Origin: Callorhinchus milii
Lineage: Eukaryota
Length of the DNA stretch: 64,000 nt
NCBI RefSeq assembly: GCF_018977255.1
Contig: NW_024704742.1
Span: 77,812,001-77,876,000, forward strand
Reading direction: 5' to 3'
Numbering within the stretch: the first letter of the stretch is position 1; every line of letters begins with the position of its first letter. The translations under genes and the position numbers were made by a program. Below are positions 53,231 through 64,000 of this stretch, in pieces. The notes beneath the pieces were generated by a model. The model worked only from the letters and a program-made list of their open reading frames with translations. It searched no databases and had not been told where the DNA came from.

Positions 53231-53366
53231 AAAACGCAACATACTGCAGATGCTGGAAATCTGAAACCTTTTGATGAAGGGTCATGGACCCGAAACTTTG
53301 ACTCACTTTCCTTTTTCCATAGATGCTGCCTGATCTGCTGAGTGTTCCCAGTGACTTCTGTTTTGT
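53231..53366 (+). mobile_element. Penelope-like element terminal remnant (duplicate at 60961-61096)
   Basis: ctgcagatgctggaaatctg ... tgatgaagggtc-atg-gacccgaaac ... agatgctgcctgatctgctgag. Confidence 0.55.
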
Positions 53367-54075
53367 GCCTGATAGGTACGTGGGTAGCCTGGTACAGGAA
53401 AATGTACAGTTATGACCCTAACTCCTTTAGTACCTCCTGGATCTGGTTCAGAGTTTCAACGATCTGGGAAAAACAGAGGATAAATTCCAGTTTCTTCATG
53501 ACGTTGTAATTGGGCACAGAACTGGTTTCATTACAGTGAACCTTTTGGGGAGGAAGGAAATGCACGTTTGCAAAAAGTACAATACTATCATTAAAACCAA
53601 TACTGAAAAGGAACCAATGAGGATCTGCAGTCATCTTGTCACGTGCAACAGATGTGACCAAAAGGATACTGTACTACATTAAGAGAGTGAATCAAACACA
53701 GTACATAACTTTTAGTAATTTCTAAATAAGTTTGTATAACAGAGGAAAAGAGTTTTTTGTTGTGCTGCTCTAACTATCCTATTTTTCTGCTCAGCAAACT
53801 AATTAACAATTTGGTGTCAGCCTGGCTCAGTTGATAGCACCCTAGCCTCTTAGTCAAAAGGTTTTAGGTTCATTCCCCATGTTGGGACTTTGAGCTCATA
53901 GTCTACACTGCGAATCCAGTGCAGTGCAGGGAGAGCACGCATTGTTGGAATTTTCATTACCTGGACGAGATGTTAAACTCCCACTCCCAGCATGGGTGGC
54001 TATCCAACACCATAAAGAGCTTTAAGACAATATGAAAGGGAGGATATAAATGTATTGTATTGTTTGGGTGTGCAT

Positions 54076-55575
54076 TAACAACAACAAGATTACATTTGTA
54101 TAGCGCCGATGGCATGGTCAAAGAGGAGGGTCTTGAGGCAGGACTTGAAGGAGGCTAAGGAGGGGGCGAGGCAAAGTGACTGGGGGATGGAATTGCAGAG
54201 CTTGGGGGCAGAGTGACTGAAGGCTCTCCCGCCAATGGTGGGGCAGGTGGGTCGGGGGATGGAGAGCAGACCAGAGCCGGCTGAGCGGAGGGAACGGGCA
54301 GGTTGGTAAGGGGTTAAGCGGTCACTGTCAGATAGAATTATTCATTCACTTGTGACTGATGGTGGGACATTGCTGTGGGTGGATGGGGTAAGGCCATGGA
54401 GGGTTTTGTATGTGAGGACCAGGATCTTGAACTGGATCCTCTGAAGGATAGAGAGCCAATGGAGTCGGGCGAGAGTGGGGGAGATGGAGTCACAGAGTTT
54501 GATGCGGGAGAGGACACGGGCTGCAGAGTTCTGGATTATCTGCAGCCTGTGGAGGGAGGAGTTGGGAAGGCCGACAAGCAGGGCATTTGCATAGTTGAGC
54601 CTGGAGGTGATGAAGGCATGAACAAGAGTTTCAGCGGCCTGAGGGGTGAGGTAGTGGTGGAGTTGGGCGATGTTACGGAGGTGAGGGAAGGCAGAGCGGG
54701 TCATGGCTTGAATATGGGGGAAAAAAGACAGTTGAGGGTCGAACAAGACACTTAGGTTCCTGACTGTCTTGGTGAGTTGAAGTGTGCAACCATGGAGGGT
54801 GATGCTGCCAGAGCCTGAGGTGCTGAGGCGCTGGTGTGAGCCAATCAGGAGGGCCTCAGTCTCTGTTCACATTCAACTGTAGGAAATTTGCCCTCATCCA
54901 GGACTTGATGTCCGACAGACAGTCTGTCAGGACAGCAGTGGTCCTGGAGTTGAGGGTGGAGGCAGAAAGATAGAGTTGGGTGTCATCCGCATACATGTGT
55001 ACGTTGACCCCATGTCTGCGGATGATGTCACCACTTCCGTGCCATTCATAACATCCAGGCATGATGACACAAACTCCCTGCAGCCCAGGTCCTCTCCCGA
55101 ACTAGGCTCCTTGACACTATCACCCCTATCCTCACCCAACTCCACTGGCTTTCCATCACACAAAGGATGCAGTCCAAGATCCTGATCCTCACTTCCAAAG
55201 CCCTCCATGGCTTTCCTCCCCTCTACCTCTGTGATCTCCTAACCCCCTACCGAACTGCCTGCTCCCTCCACTCAATGAGTTCCGGCCTGCTTCACATTCC
55301 CCGCTTGGCCTGCCCCACCATTCAGGGTCTTCAGCCACTCTGCTCCACCTTCTAGAACTCCATCGCGCAGTCCCTCCACCTCACCCCTTTGCTTCCCTCC
55401 ATCAAGACCCATCTCAAGACCTCCTCTTTGACCATGCCTTCAGTCACCCTCCTTCCCCCTCTGCCCTCCACCCTCTCCAATCCCGACCCCCAGCTCGGGT
55501 CCAAAACACTGATTGTCCAGCTCCTTGGGATGTCCTCCCAACGTAAATGGCGATATACAAATGTAATTTGTTGTT
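54076..55575. mobile_element. two L2 3' fragments head-to-head (minus about 54076-55035, plus about 55040-55575); duplicate at about 61806-63302
   Basis: [10 protein letters not shown] on the minus strand, outward-facing GTT tails. Confidence 0.85.
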
Positions 55576-55808
55576 CTTCTTCACAGCAAATTTTGTGAAG
55601 TGCTTTGGGACGTCCTTCCGACGTGAAAGGCACTAGAACAAATGCAGGAATTATTATTATTTATTATTATTAAACTCTGTATGGGCTGTATTTAGTGGTA
55701 AAATACAATCATAGAAATTACAGCATAGAAGGAGGTCATTTAAGTCATCAAGATTTCCCTATGGTTAGCTCCTTAACTGGAGCTAGTCTAGCTCAATAAC
55801 CTAATCTT

Positions 55809-56123
55809 GGAGTCCTGTAGCTCAGTGGTTAGAGCACTCGCTTTGCAAGCAAGACACCAGGGTTCAATTCCAGACAGGGCGAAACCTTGGGCAAGTTTCC
55901 TTACTCCACACAGAGCCTAATAATAATCCCTCCAAAACAAAACAATAATAAATTGGTCATTTTCAATCTACGACTGTTTGTGGGACATTGCTGTGCGCAA
56001 TTGGCTGCCGCGTTTCGCCCACAAATATACGGTCAATTCACTTTACAGTATATTCTGTGAAGCGTTTTGAGATGTCTAGAAGACGTGAAAAGCGCTATAT
56101 CAAATGCAAGGATTATTATTATT
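55809..56123 (+). mobile_element. young short SINE (duplicate at 63536-63850)
   Basis: Full length; CTCAATAACCT repeated at 55792-55802 and 56129-56139. Confidence 0.93.
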
Positions 56124-56649
56124 AATATCTCAATAACCTGCAGAATTTCCTGCATCAGTTTCATATTGCGCTAGTTCACTCTTGTTTAAAAGTTATGGTC
56201 TCAGTCTCAATAGTTATGTGTGACAAAACATTCCATCAGCATCCCTGGTTCTTTGTGTTCTTTAAGTTCATTATGAATGAACAATTTCTTTCTTTGGTCT
56301 TTTTAAAATGTACAAAATGTACTACAGTACTACTTGGGTTTGGCTCAGCTCTTCGGTGTTTACCGTAAAGTGATGTCACTGTGTGTTTGAAGGCAAAAAT
56401 TGGCCTTCGATTTGCACATAACAATGTCCCACAATTAGCCATGAAGTAAAACCAATTTTATTTGGGGGATTTTTAACGCGGGCATGTGTTTGTGGGGTGG
56501 GGGAAATGTTGGTTGGGAAATTCTTCACATTTCACAAAATAAAGCTGCATCTGACACCTGCCCATAAATCAATCCCCCAAAAACCTGCAGCTCCCTCCAT
56601 GGCTCCAAGTAGATAAACCCACTGCCTCAAGTGTCAACTAAGACCTTGT

Positions 56650-56883
56650 GGAGTCCTGTAGCTCAGTGGTTAGAGCACTCGCTTTGCAAGTGAGAGACCT
56701 GAGTTCAATTCCAGGCACAGGGCGAAACCTTGGGCAAGTTTCCTTACTCCACACAGAGCCTAATATTAATCCCTCCAAAACCAAAACAATAATAAATTGG
56801 TCATTTTCAATCTACGACTGTTTGTGGGACATTGCTGTGCGCAATTGGCTGCCGCGTTCGCCCACAAATATACAGTCAATTCA
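56650..56883 (+). mobile_element. young short SINE truncated by the assembly gap
   Basis: Same head; runs into the Ns. Confidence 0.9.
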
Positions 56884-56913
56884 NNNNNNNNNNNNNNNNN
56901 NNNNNNNNNNNNN
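56884..56913. other. assembly gap (30 N)
   Basis: Run of n. Confidence 0.99.
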
Positions 56914-59900
56914 CAAGATAGGGAACAGAAGTTATACCGCCGCGATAATGTCATTCCAGTGTTAATAACGCACATGTGAGAAGGAGTTTCAATCACATCC
57001 TTTCTTTGAAATTAAAAAACAAAAATGATGCGTGTTTTTATATAGCACCTTCATGTCGGAAGAAGTTTCAAAGCGCTTTACAGGATTAACTGTAAAGTGG
57101 AGTGACTGTATATTTTGTAGGCAAAAATGGGGCAGATAATTTGTGCACAGCAATGTTCTTAAACAGCCCCGCTCGGACCTTCTGCGCATCCCCTGACCCT
57201 CGGCTCCACCCTCCAGTGGCCGTGCCTTCAGCCACTACTCCTGAACCTTTGGAACTCCCTGCCTCAATCCCTCCACTGTGCTCCCTCTTTGCTGTCTTCA
57301 GATCGGACCTGAAGATTTTCCTCTTCGACTGTGCCTTTGGCCACCTCCTCTTTGTCCTGGCTGAGTGTCAAACCACACCATTGTTAAGCGCTCTAAGACG
57401 CTGCCCCACATGAAGGGTGCTGCATAAGTGCAAGTTGGTGTTGTTTTAATTCTGTATCTGGAGGAGATTTAATGAAATCAGGAAAATGATTCCGCAATGA
57501 ACTGGGGCCTTGATGATGTGCAATTCACAGTCAACTGGTGCAATCAGTCTGTATTTCTTAACTTACATTCATAATGAAGCTGTAGTTTAGTGATCATACA
57601 TTTTGTAGGCAAATATGGCAACAAATTTGCACATAGTAATGTCCAGCAAACAACAACTTACAATTTATTTAGCATCCTTCACGTGCAGTGGCATCTCAGA
57701 GCACTCAACAATGGCATAGAGTTGGGGAGAAAGAGGAGGTGTCCCCTAGACCCTAGGCAGGAAACTCTTCAGGCGCGATCTGAAAATGGCAAAGAAGGGG
57801 CAGTTGGAAGGATTGAGGCAGGGAGTTACAGAGATTCGGGTATAATGGCTGCAGGGACAAGAGACATGCAGAAGGCACAACTAAGCTGAACAAAGAGGGT
57901 GGTGGGTAGATGAGTAGGGTATATGAGCAGGTAAAGTGAACAGACAAGAAGTGAACTGAGTGATTGTTGGCTAGCTTTCTCTTTTATGCCTTCTTTTTTC
58001 AAATCTTGTCTTCCAATCCTTAACTTCAATCCTGAACATATTGGATCTTGGTTTATCATCTCATACACATCTCATCCACAGGACGGATACAGCTGATGAG
58101 GTTGAGTTTGTGATGCTTCTTGACTGATTTCTTAATAAAAAATAAAAGTTATTAAATTTCTTATCCATTCATTAGTTCAGAAATTGGATAATTATACATT
58201 TATTATTAAGAAATCTGTTTAAAAATACTATGAATTAGCTCCCAATAAGAGAGAGCAAGAATAATTACCAGGCAATAATTGTGTGTGGTGGGCTGTGAGG
58301 AGGCGAAGAGTAGAAGGCATTAAATTAGAGCTTAAATGATTTAGAAACATTGCCTTAAACTCGAGATTGCTTCTTGGAGCAACTCTAATTTTTCTAATAT
58401 ATAATTGAACTGGTAAGAACTTTGCTTGTTTGTTTGAGCCTTGTTTCTCCACAACAACAACTTGCATTTAAAATAGAGCCTTTCCAGTAGGTTAACCTCC
58501 TGAAGTGTTGTAATCATACATGTGTTCATCTACAAGTACATACTTTACACACTTTACGATAAATCTTGTTTGCTTTGAGGTTTCTGGATGGTGTGATAAG
58601 GCTGTATATGAAATGCAAAGCTTTTTTATTATTCTTGTATGTGGAAATGTATTCCATATCTGTGGATATTATCATGAAAAAGGACCATGTAGATTAGGAA
58701 AAGGAGGGGGTCGATAATAGAGTCCTGGGGCACACTGCATGGTTGGGAGGAGAAGCTGTTGGTGGAAACAAAGTGGAGATGATGGATTCTCACCATGACT
58801 TGCACCCCTCATCTTCAACCTCCAACACATGTTACATAAATTACTTTTTTAAGTTTATCAAGAAATAATTTGCAGCTGTTTTACTGTTAGATAACAGCCA
58901 AATGCACACAGCAGTGTCCCACAAAGAATTGTAGATTGAGTGACCAAATTATTATTTTATTTATTTATTTTGACAGCTTTATTGCCTGGGAGTCCTGTAG
59001 CTCAGTGGTTAGAGCCATTGGGTTCATCACAAGCGAGCGACCTGGGTTCGATTCCTGGGCAGGGCAAAAGATTGGGCAAGTTTCCTTACTATACACACAC
59101 ACGCCTCTGTTTACTTAGCAGTAAGTAGGAACCCAGTTGCTAGTTAACTGGCAGATCGCTTTTCCAGGGGATATAATTCCTTCTAAAAAAAAATCCATGA
59201 CTGTTTGTGAGACACTGCTGTTTACAATTGGCTGCCGTGTTTCACCCACAAAAAAACAGTCAATTCACTTTACAGTATATTCTGTGAAACCCTTTAAGAC
59301 GTCTCAAAGATGTGAAAAACGCTATATCAAATGCAAGGATTATTATTACTCAGTGAAAAACACACATTGTTTTCCTGAAAACTTACAGTAAGCTATGTGA
59401 CATGATTGTACTTGTTTGCTTCCAGTTGAGTGTGATTGAAACCTATGTGGAGAAGAAAATGGGTTTAACAGGGGGAAGCCCAGAGGAATTCTTTTTTTTT
59501 AAAAAACAAGTCGAGCTGGAACTCACATTAAATATCAGCTATCTTGTTCATCATTTGTTTGATAAGTCACCCACAAAAAACACAGAATATACTTTGCAAT
59601 ATATCCTGTGAAGCACTTTGAGACATTCTCCTGATGTGAAAGGTGCTGTACCATGTGAGGATAATTATTACTTTATTATTACAAGTGTTTTTATATGAAA
59701 AGTTTACCAGAGAAGTCTGCAACACTGTGTTCACCTACAAATACAGTTACTGCACTTTACAATAAAATTCTATGAAGGGCTTTGAGACATTTGGCAATAT
59801 GATAAGACAAGTACGTGGGCAGTGGGGAGGGTGGGAAATTATCCTCCATTGGGAGATTCTGATCACACTACCAGCAGTCAAAGAATATAGTTCTCCCAGT

Positions 59901-62900
59901 TACTTTACAAGATTTCACTGGTAATGTATTTAACAGACTTGAAGCAATGGTATCCTCTGTCACAGATCTTTTATGAAACTGATATTGAAATCTAGGATGG
60001 AATTCACTTTGTTTCATAATATAGCCACAACTTCACCATCCATGCTCCATCTTCAGGCTTGGAACCCGAGCTGAGGGTGGGAGCCAAAAGGGATTGGGAG
60101 GGGAGAGATGACAAAGGAGTGGTCAAAGAGGATGATCTTGAGATGGATCTTGAAAGAGATGGCCATAAGCACCTCTTCGACGGTGCATTTGGTCATGTCC
60201 TCCCTCCCCCTGGCATCAGGATCTCCCACTGTTAAGCACTCCGAGATGCTGCCCTGCATCAAGGTCACTATATAAATGCAAGTTATTGTTGTTGTTGTTG
60301 TTGTCGGTCAGTTGGCTGTAATTTAGTTTAGCTGGCTCTTGAATTAGGTACTTTGAATTCACAACAATAACAACTTGACTTATATTGTGCCTTTTATATA
60401 CAATAATGTCTGAACGTACTTTATAGTTATGATAGAGAAAAGGGGGAAAATAGGGGTTGTTGACCAAAAGCATGATTAAAAAATTATACTCTTGAAAGGG
60501 ATTTTGAAGGCAGGGAGAAATAAAGCGAAGGGAAGAAAATTCCAAGGCACAAAGACATAGTGTCTGAAGGCTTGGTCACCAATGGTGGAATTGAGGGAGT
60601 GAGGGATAATCAATAGACCAAAATTGGATGAGCAAAGAGTAACAATAATAATTTTATATAGTGCCTTTTTCATGTCCCTCAAGACTTCTCAAACAACTTT
60701 ACTGTAAAGTGATGTGACTGTGTATATTTTGTGGATGAATGTAGCAGCCAATATGCACGCAGCAACATCCCACAAACAGCCATGGAGCGAGTAACCAATT
60801 TTTTTATTTGGGAGACTGTTGGCCAGAACACTGGGAGAAACGCCCTTCTCTTTTCGAGTAAGGTTAAAGGAGATTACTTAGGTCAGAAAGTCAGAGACCA
60901 AGTCTTGATTTGAAGCTTAGTTCAATGATCATACAATCAATGCACTGGAGCTTGATAAGTAAAACGCAACATACTGCAGATGCTGGAAATCTGAAACCTT
61001 TTGATGAAGGGTCATGGACCCGAAACTTTGACTCACTTTCCTTTTTCCATAGATGCTGCCTGATCTGCTGAGTGTTCCCAGTGACTTCTGTTTTGTGCCT
61101 GATAGGTACGTGGGTAGCCTGGTACAGGAAAATGTACAGTTATGACCCTAACTCCTTTAGCACCTCCTGGATCTGGTTCAGAGTTTCAACGATCTGGGAA
61201 AAACAGAGGATAAATTCCAGTTTCTTCATGACGTTGTAATTGGGCACAGAACTGGTTTCATTACAGTGAACCTTTTGGGGAGGAAGGAAATGCACGTTTG
61301 CAAAAAGTACAATACTATCATTAAAACCAATACTGAAAAGGAACCAATGAGGATCTGCAGTCAGCTTGTCACGTGCAACAGATGTGACCAAAAGGATACT
61401 GTACTACATTAAGAGAGTGAATCAAACACAGTACATAACTTTTAGTAATTTCTAAATAAGTTTGTATAACAGAGGAAAAGAGTTTTTTGTTGTGCTGCTC
61501 TAACTATCCTATTTTTCTGCTCAGCAAACTAATTAACAATTTGGTGTCAGCCTGGCTCAGTTGATAGCACCCTAGCCTCTTAGTCAAAAGGTTTTAGGTT
61601 CATTCCCCATGTTGGGACTTTGAGCTCATAGTCTACACTGCGAATCCAGTGCAGTGCAGGGAGAGCACGCATTGTTGGAATTTTCATTACCTGGACGAGA
61701 TGTTAAACTCCCACTCCCAGCATGGGTGGCTATCCAACACCATAAAGAGCTTTAAGACAATATGAAAGGGAGGATATAAATGTATTGTATTGTTTGGGTG
61801 TGCATTAACAACAACAAGATTACATTTGTATAGCGCCGATGGCATGGTCAAAGAGGAGGGTCTTGAGGCAGGACTTGAAGGAGGCTAAGGAGGGGGCGAG
61901 GCAAAGTGACTGGGGGATGGAATTGCAGAGCTTGGGGGCAGAGTGACTGAAGGCTCTCCCGCCAATGGTGGGGCAGGTGGGTCGGGGGGTGTAGAGCAGA
62001 CCAGAGCCGGCTGAGCGGAGGGAACGGGCAGGTTGGTAAGGGGTTAAGCGGTCACTGTCAGATAGAATTATTCATTCACTTGTGACTGATGGTGGGACAT
62101 TGCTGTGGGTGGGTGGGGTAAGGCCATGGAGGGTTTTGTATGTGAGGACCAGGATCTTGAACTGGATCCTCTGAAGGATAGGGAGCCAATGGAGTCGGGC
62201 GAGAGTGGGGGAGATGGAGTCACAGAGTTTGATGCGGGAGAGGACACGGGCTGCAGAGTTCTGGATTATCTGCAGCCTGTGGATGGAGGAGTTGGGAAGG
62301 CTGACAAGCAGGTCATTTGCATAGTCGAGCCTGGAGGTGATGAAGGATGAACAAGATTTTCAGTGGCCTGAGGGGTGAGGTAGTGGTGGAGTTGGGCGAT
62401 GTTATGGAGGTGAAGGAAGGCAGAGCGGGTCATGGCTTGAATATGGGGGAAAAAAGACAGTTGAGGGTCGAACAAGACACTTAGGTTCCTGACTGTCTTG
62501 GTGAGTTATAGTGTGCAACCATGGAGGTTGATGTTGCCTGAGCTGAGGTGCTGAGGCGCTGGCGTGAGCCAATCAGGAAAGTCTCAGTCTCTGTTCACAT
62601 TCAACTGTAGGAAATTTGTCCTCATCCAGGACTTGATGTCCGACAGACAGTCTGTCAGGACAGCAGTGGTCCTGGAGTTGAGGGTGAGGCAGAAAGATAG
62701 AGTTGGGTGTCATCCGCATACATGTGTACGTTGACCCCATGTCTGCGGATGATGTCACCACTTTCGTGCCATTCATAACATCCAGGCATGATGACACAAA
62801 CTCCCTGCAGCCCAGGTCCTCTCCTGAACTAGGCTCCTTGACACTATCACCCCTATCCTCACCCAACTCCACTGGCTTTCCATCACACAGAGGATGCAGT

Positions 62901-64000
62901 CCAAGATCCTGATCCTCACTTCCAAAGCCCTCCATGGCTTTCCTCCCCTCTACCTCTGCGATCTCCTAACCCCCTACCGAACGGCCTGCTCCCTCCACTC
63001 AATGAGTTCCGGCCTGCTTCACATTCCCCCCTTGGCCTGCCCCACTATTCAGGGTCTTCAGCCACTCTGCTCCACCTTCTAGAACTCCATCGCGCAGTCC
63101 CTCCACCTCACCCCTTTGCTTCCCTCCATCAAGACCCATCTCAAGACCTCCTCTTTGACCATGCCTTCAGTCACCCTCCTTCCCCCTCTGCCCTCCACCC
63201 TCTCCAATCCCGACCCCCAGCTCGGGTCCAAAACACTGATTGTCCAGCTCCTTGGGATGTCCTCCCAACGTAAATGGCGATATACAAATGTAATTTGTTG
63301 TTCTTCTTCACAGCAAATTTTGTGAAGTGCTTTGGGACGTCCTTCCGACGTGAAAGGCACTAGAACAAATGCAGGAATTATTATTATTTATTATTATTAA
63401 ACTCTGTATGGGCTGTATTTAGTGGTAAAATACAATCATAGAAATTACAGCATAGAAGGAGGTCATTTAAGTCATCAAGATTTCCCTATGGTTAGCTCCT
63501 TAACTGGAGCTAGTCTAGCTCAATAACCTAATCTTGGAGTCCTGTAGCTCAGTGGTTAGAGCACTCGCTTTGCAAGCAAGACACCAGGGTTCAATTCCAG
63601 ACAGGGCGAAACCTTGGGCAAGTTTCCTTACTCCACACAGAGCCTAATAATAATCCCTCCAAAACAAAACAATAATAAATTGGTCATTTTCAATCTACGA
63701 CTGTTTGTGGGACATTGCTGTGCGCAATTGGCTGCCGCGTTTCGCCCACAAATATACGGTCAATTCACTTTACAGTATATTCTGTGAAGCGTTTTGAGAT
63801 GTCTAGAAGACGTGAAAAGCGCTATATCAAATGCAAGGATTATTATTATTAATATCTCAATAACCTGCAGAATTTCCTGCATCAGTTTCATATTGCGCTA
63901 GTTCACTCTTGTTTAAAAGTTATGGTCTCAGTCTCAATAGTTATGTGTGACAAAACATTCCATCAGCATCCCTGGTTCTTTGTGTTCTTTAAGTTCATTA

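Larger units (their letters stand above)
48931..64000 (+). repeat. about 7-kb near-identical direct duplication: 48931-56273 vs 56985-64000 (runs off the window)
   Basis: Identical ORF pairs; the offset shifts from 8054 to 7727 through a 21-nt indel, a 344-nt SINE insertion and small indels. Confidence 0.97.

Noticed and set aside
55809..55882. tRNA-Ala gene (also at 56650, 21084, 45312, 50693)
   Set aside because: These are tRNA-like SINE heads; each continues into a shared body and (TTA)n tail, and the acceptor stem does not close.
56985..64000. Second PD-L gene copy in the duplication
   Set aside because: The duplicated segment starts upstream of exon 1 and contains no exons.

Overview
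Eukaryotic, vertebrate genomic DNA, probably from a cartilaginous fish (inferred from the DeuSINE/L2/CR1 repeat content and protein divergence). It holds two convergent genes. (1) The + strand carries the last 19 coding exons of MPDZ (PDZ8-PDZ13, 5020-33411). All splice phases chain in frame, using two GC-AG introns and one apparent GAG acceptor. (2) The - strand carries a B7-family PD-1 ligand gene (CD274-like, with mixed PD-L1/PD-L2 features): non-coding exon 1, then signal peptide, IgV, IgC and TM exons; its cytoplasmic exons are uncertain. Its compact promoter has a TATA box, a perfect NF-kB site, a GAS site and IRF-like motifs. From 48931 onward, about 7 kb occurs twice across an N-gap, probably as two haplotypes. 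The copies differ by a presence/absence SINE insertion with a target-site duplication (TSD). Other observations: a three-level L2>SINE>L2 nest, a SINE family sharing its 3' tail with L2, a degenerate Penelope-type hammerhead motif, a VNTR and a CTCF-like site between the genes. I found no CRISPR or other prokaryotic-type system and cannot support a wholly new system. Comparisons with human proteins are from memory, not from computed alignments.
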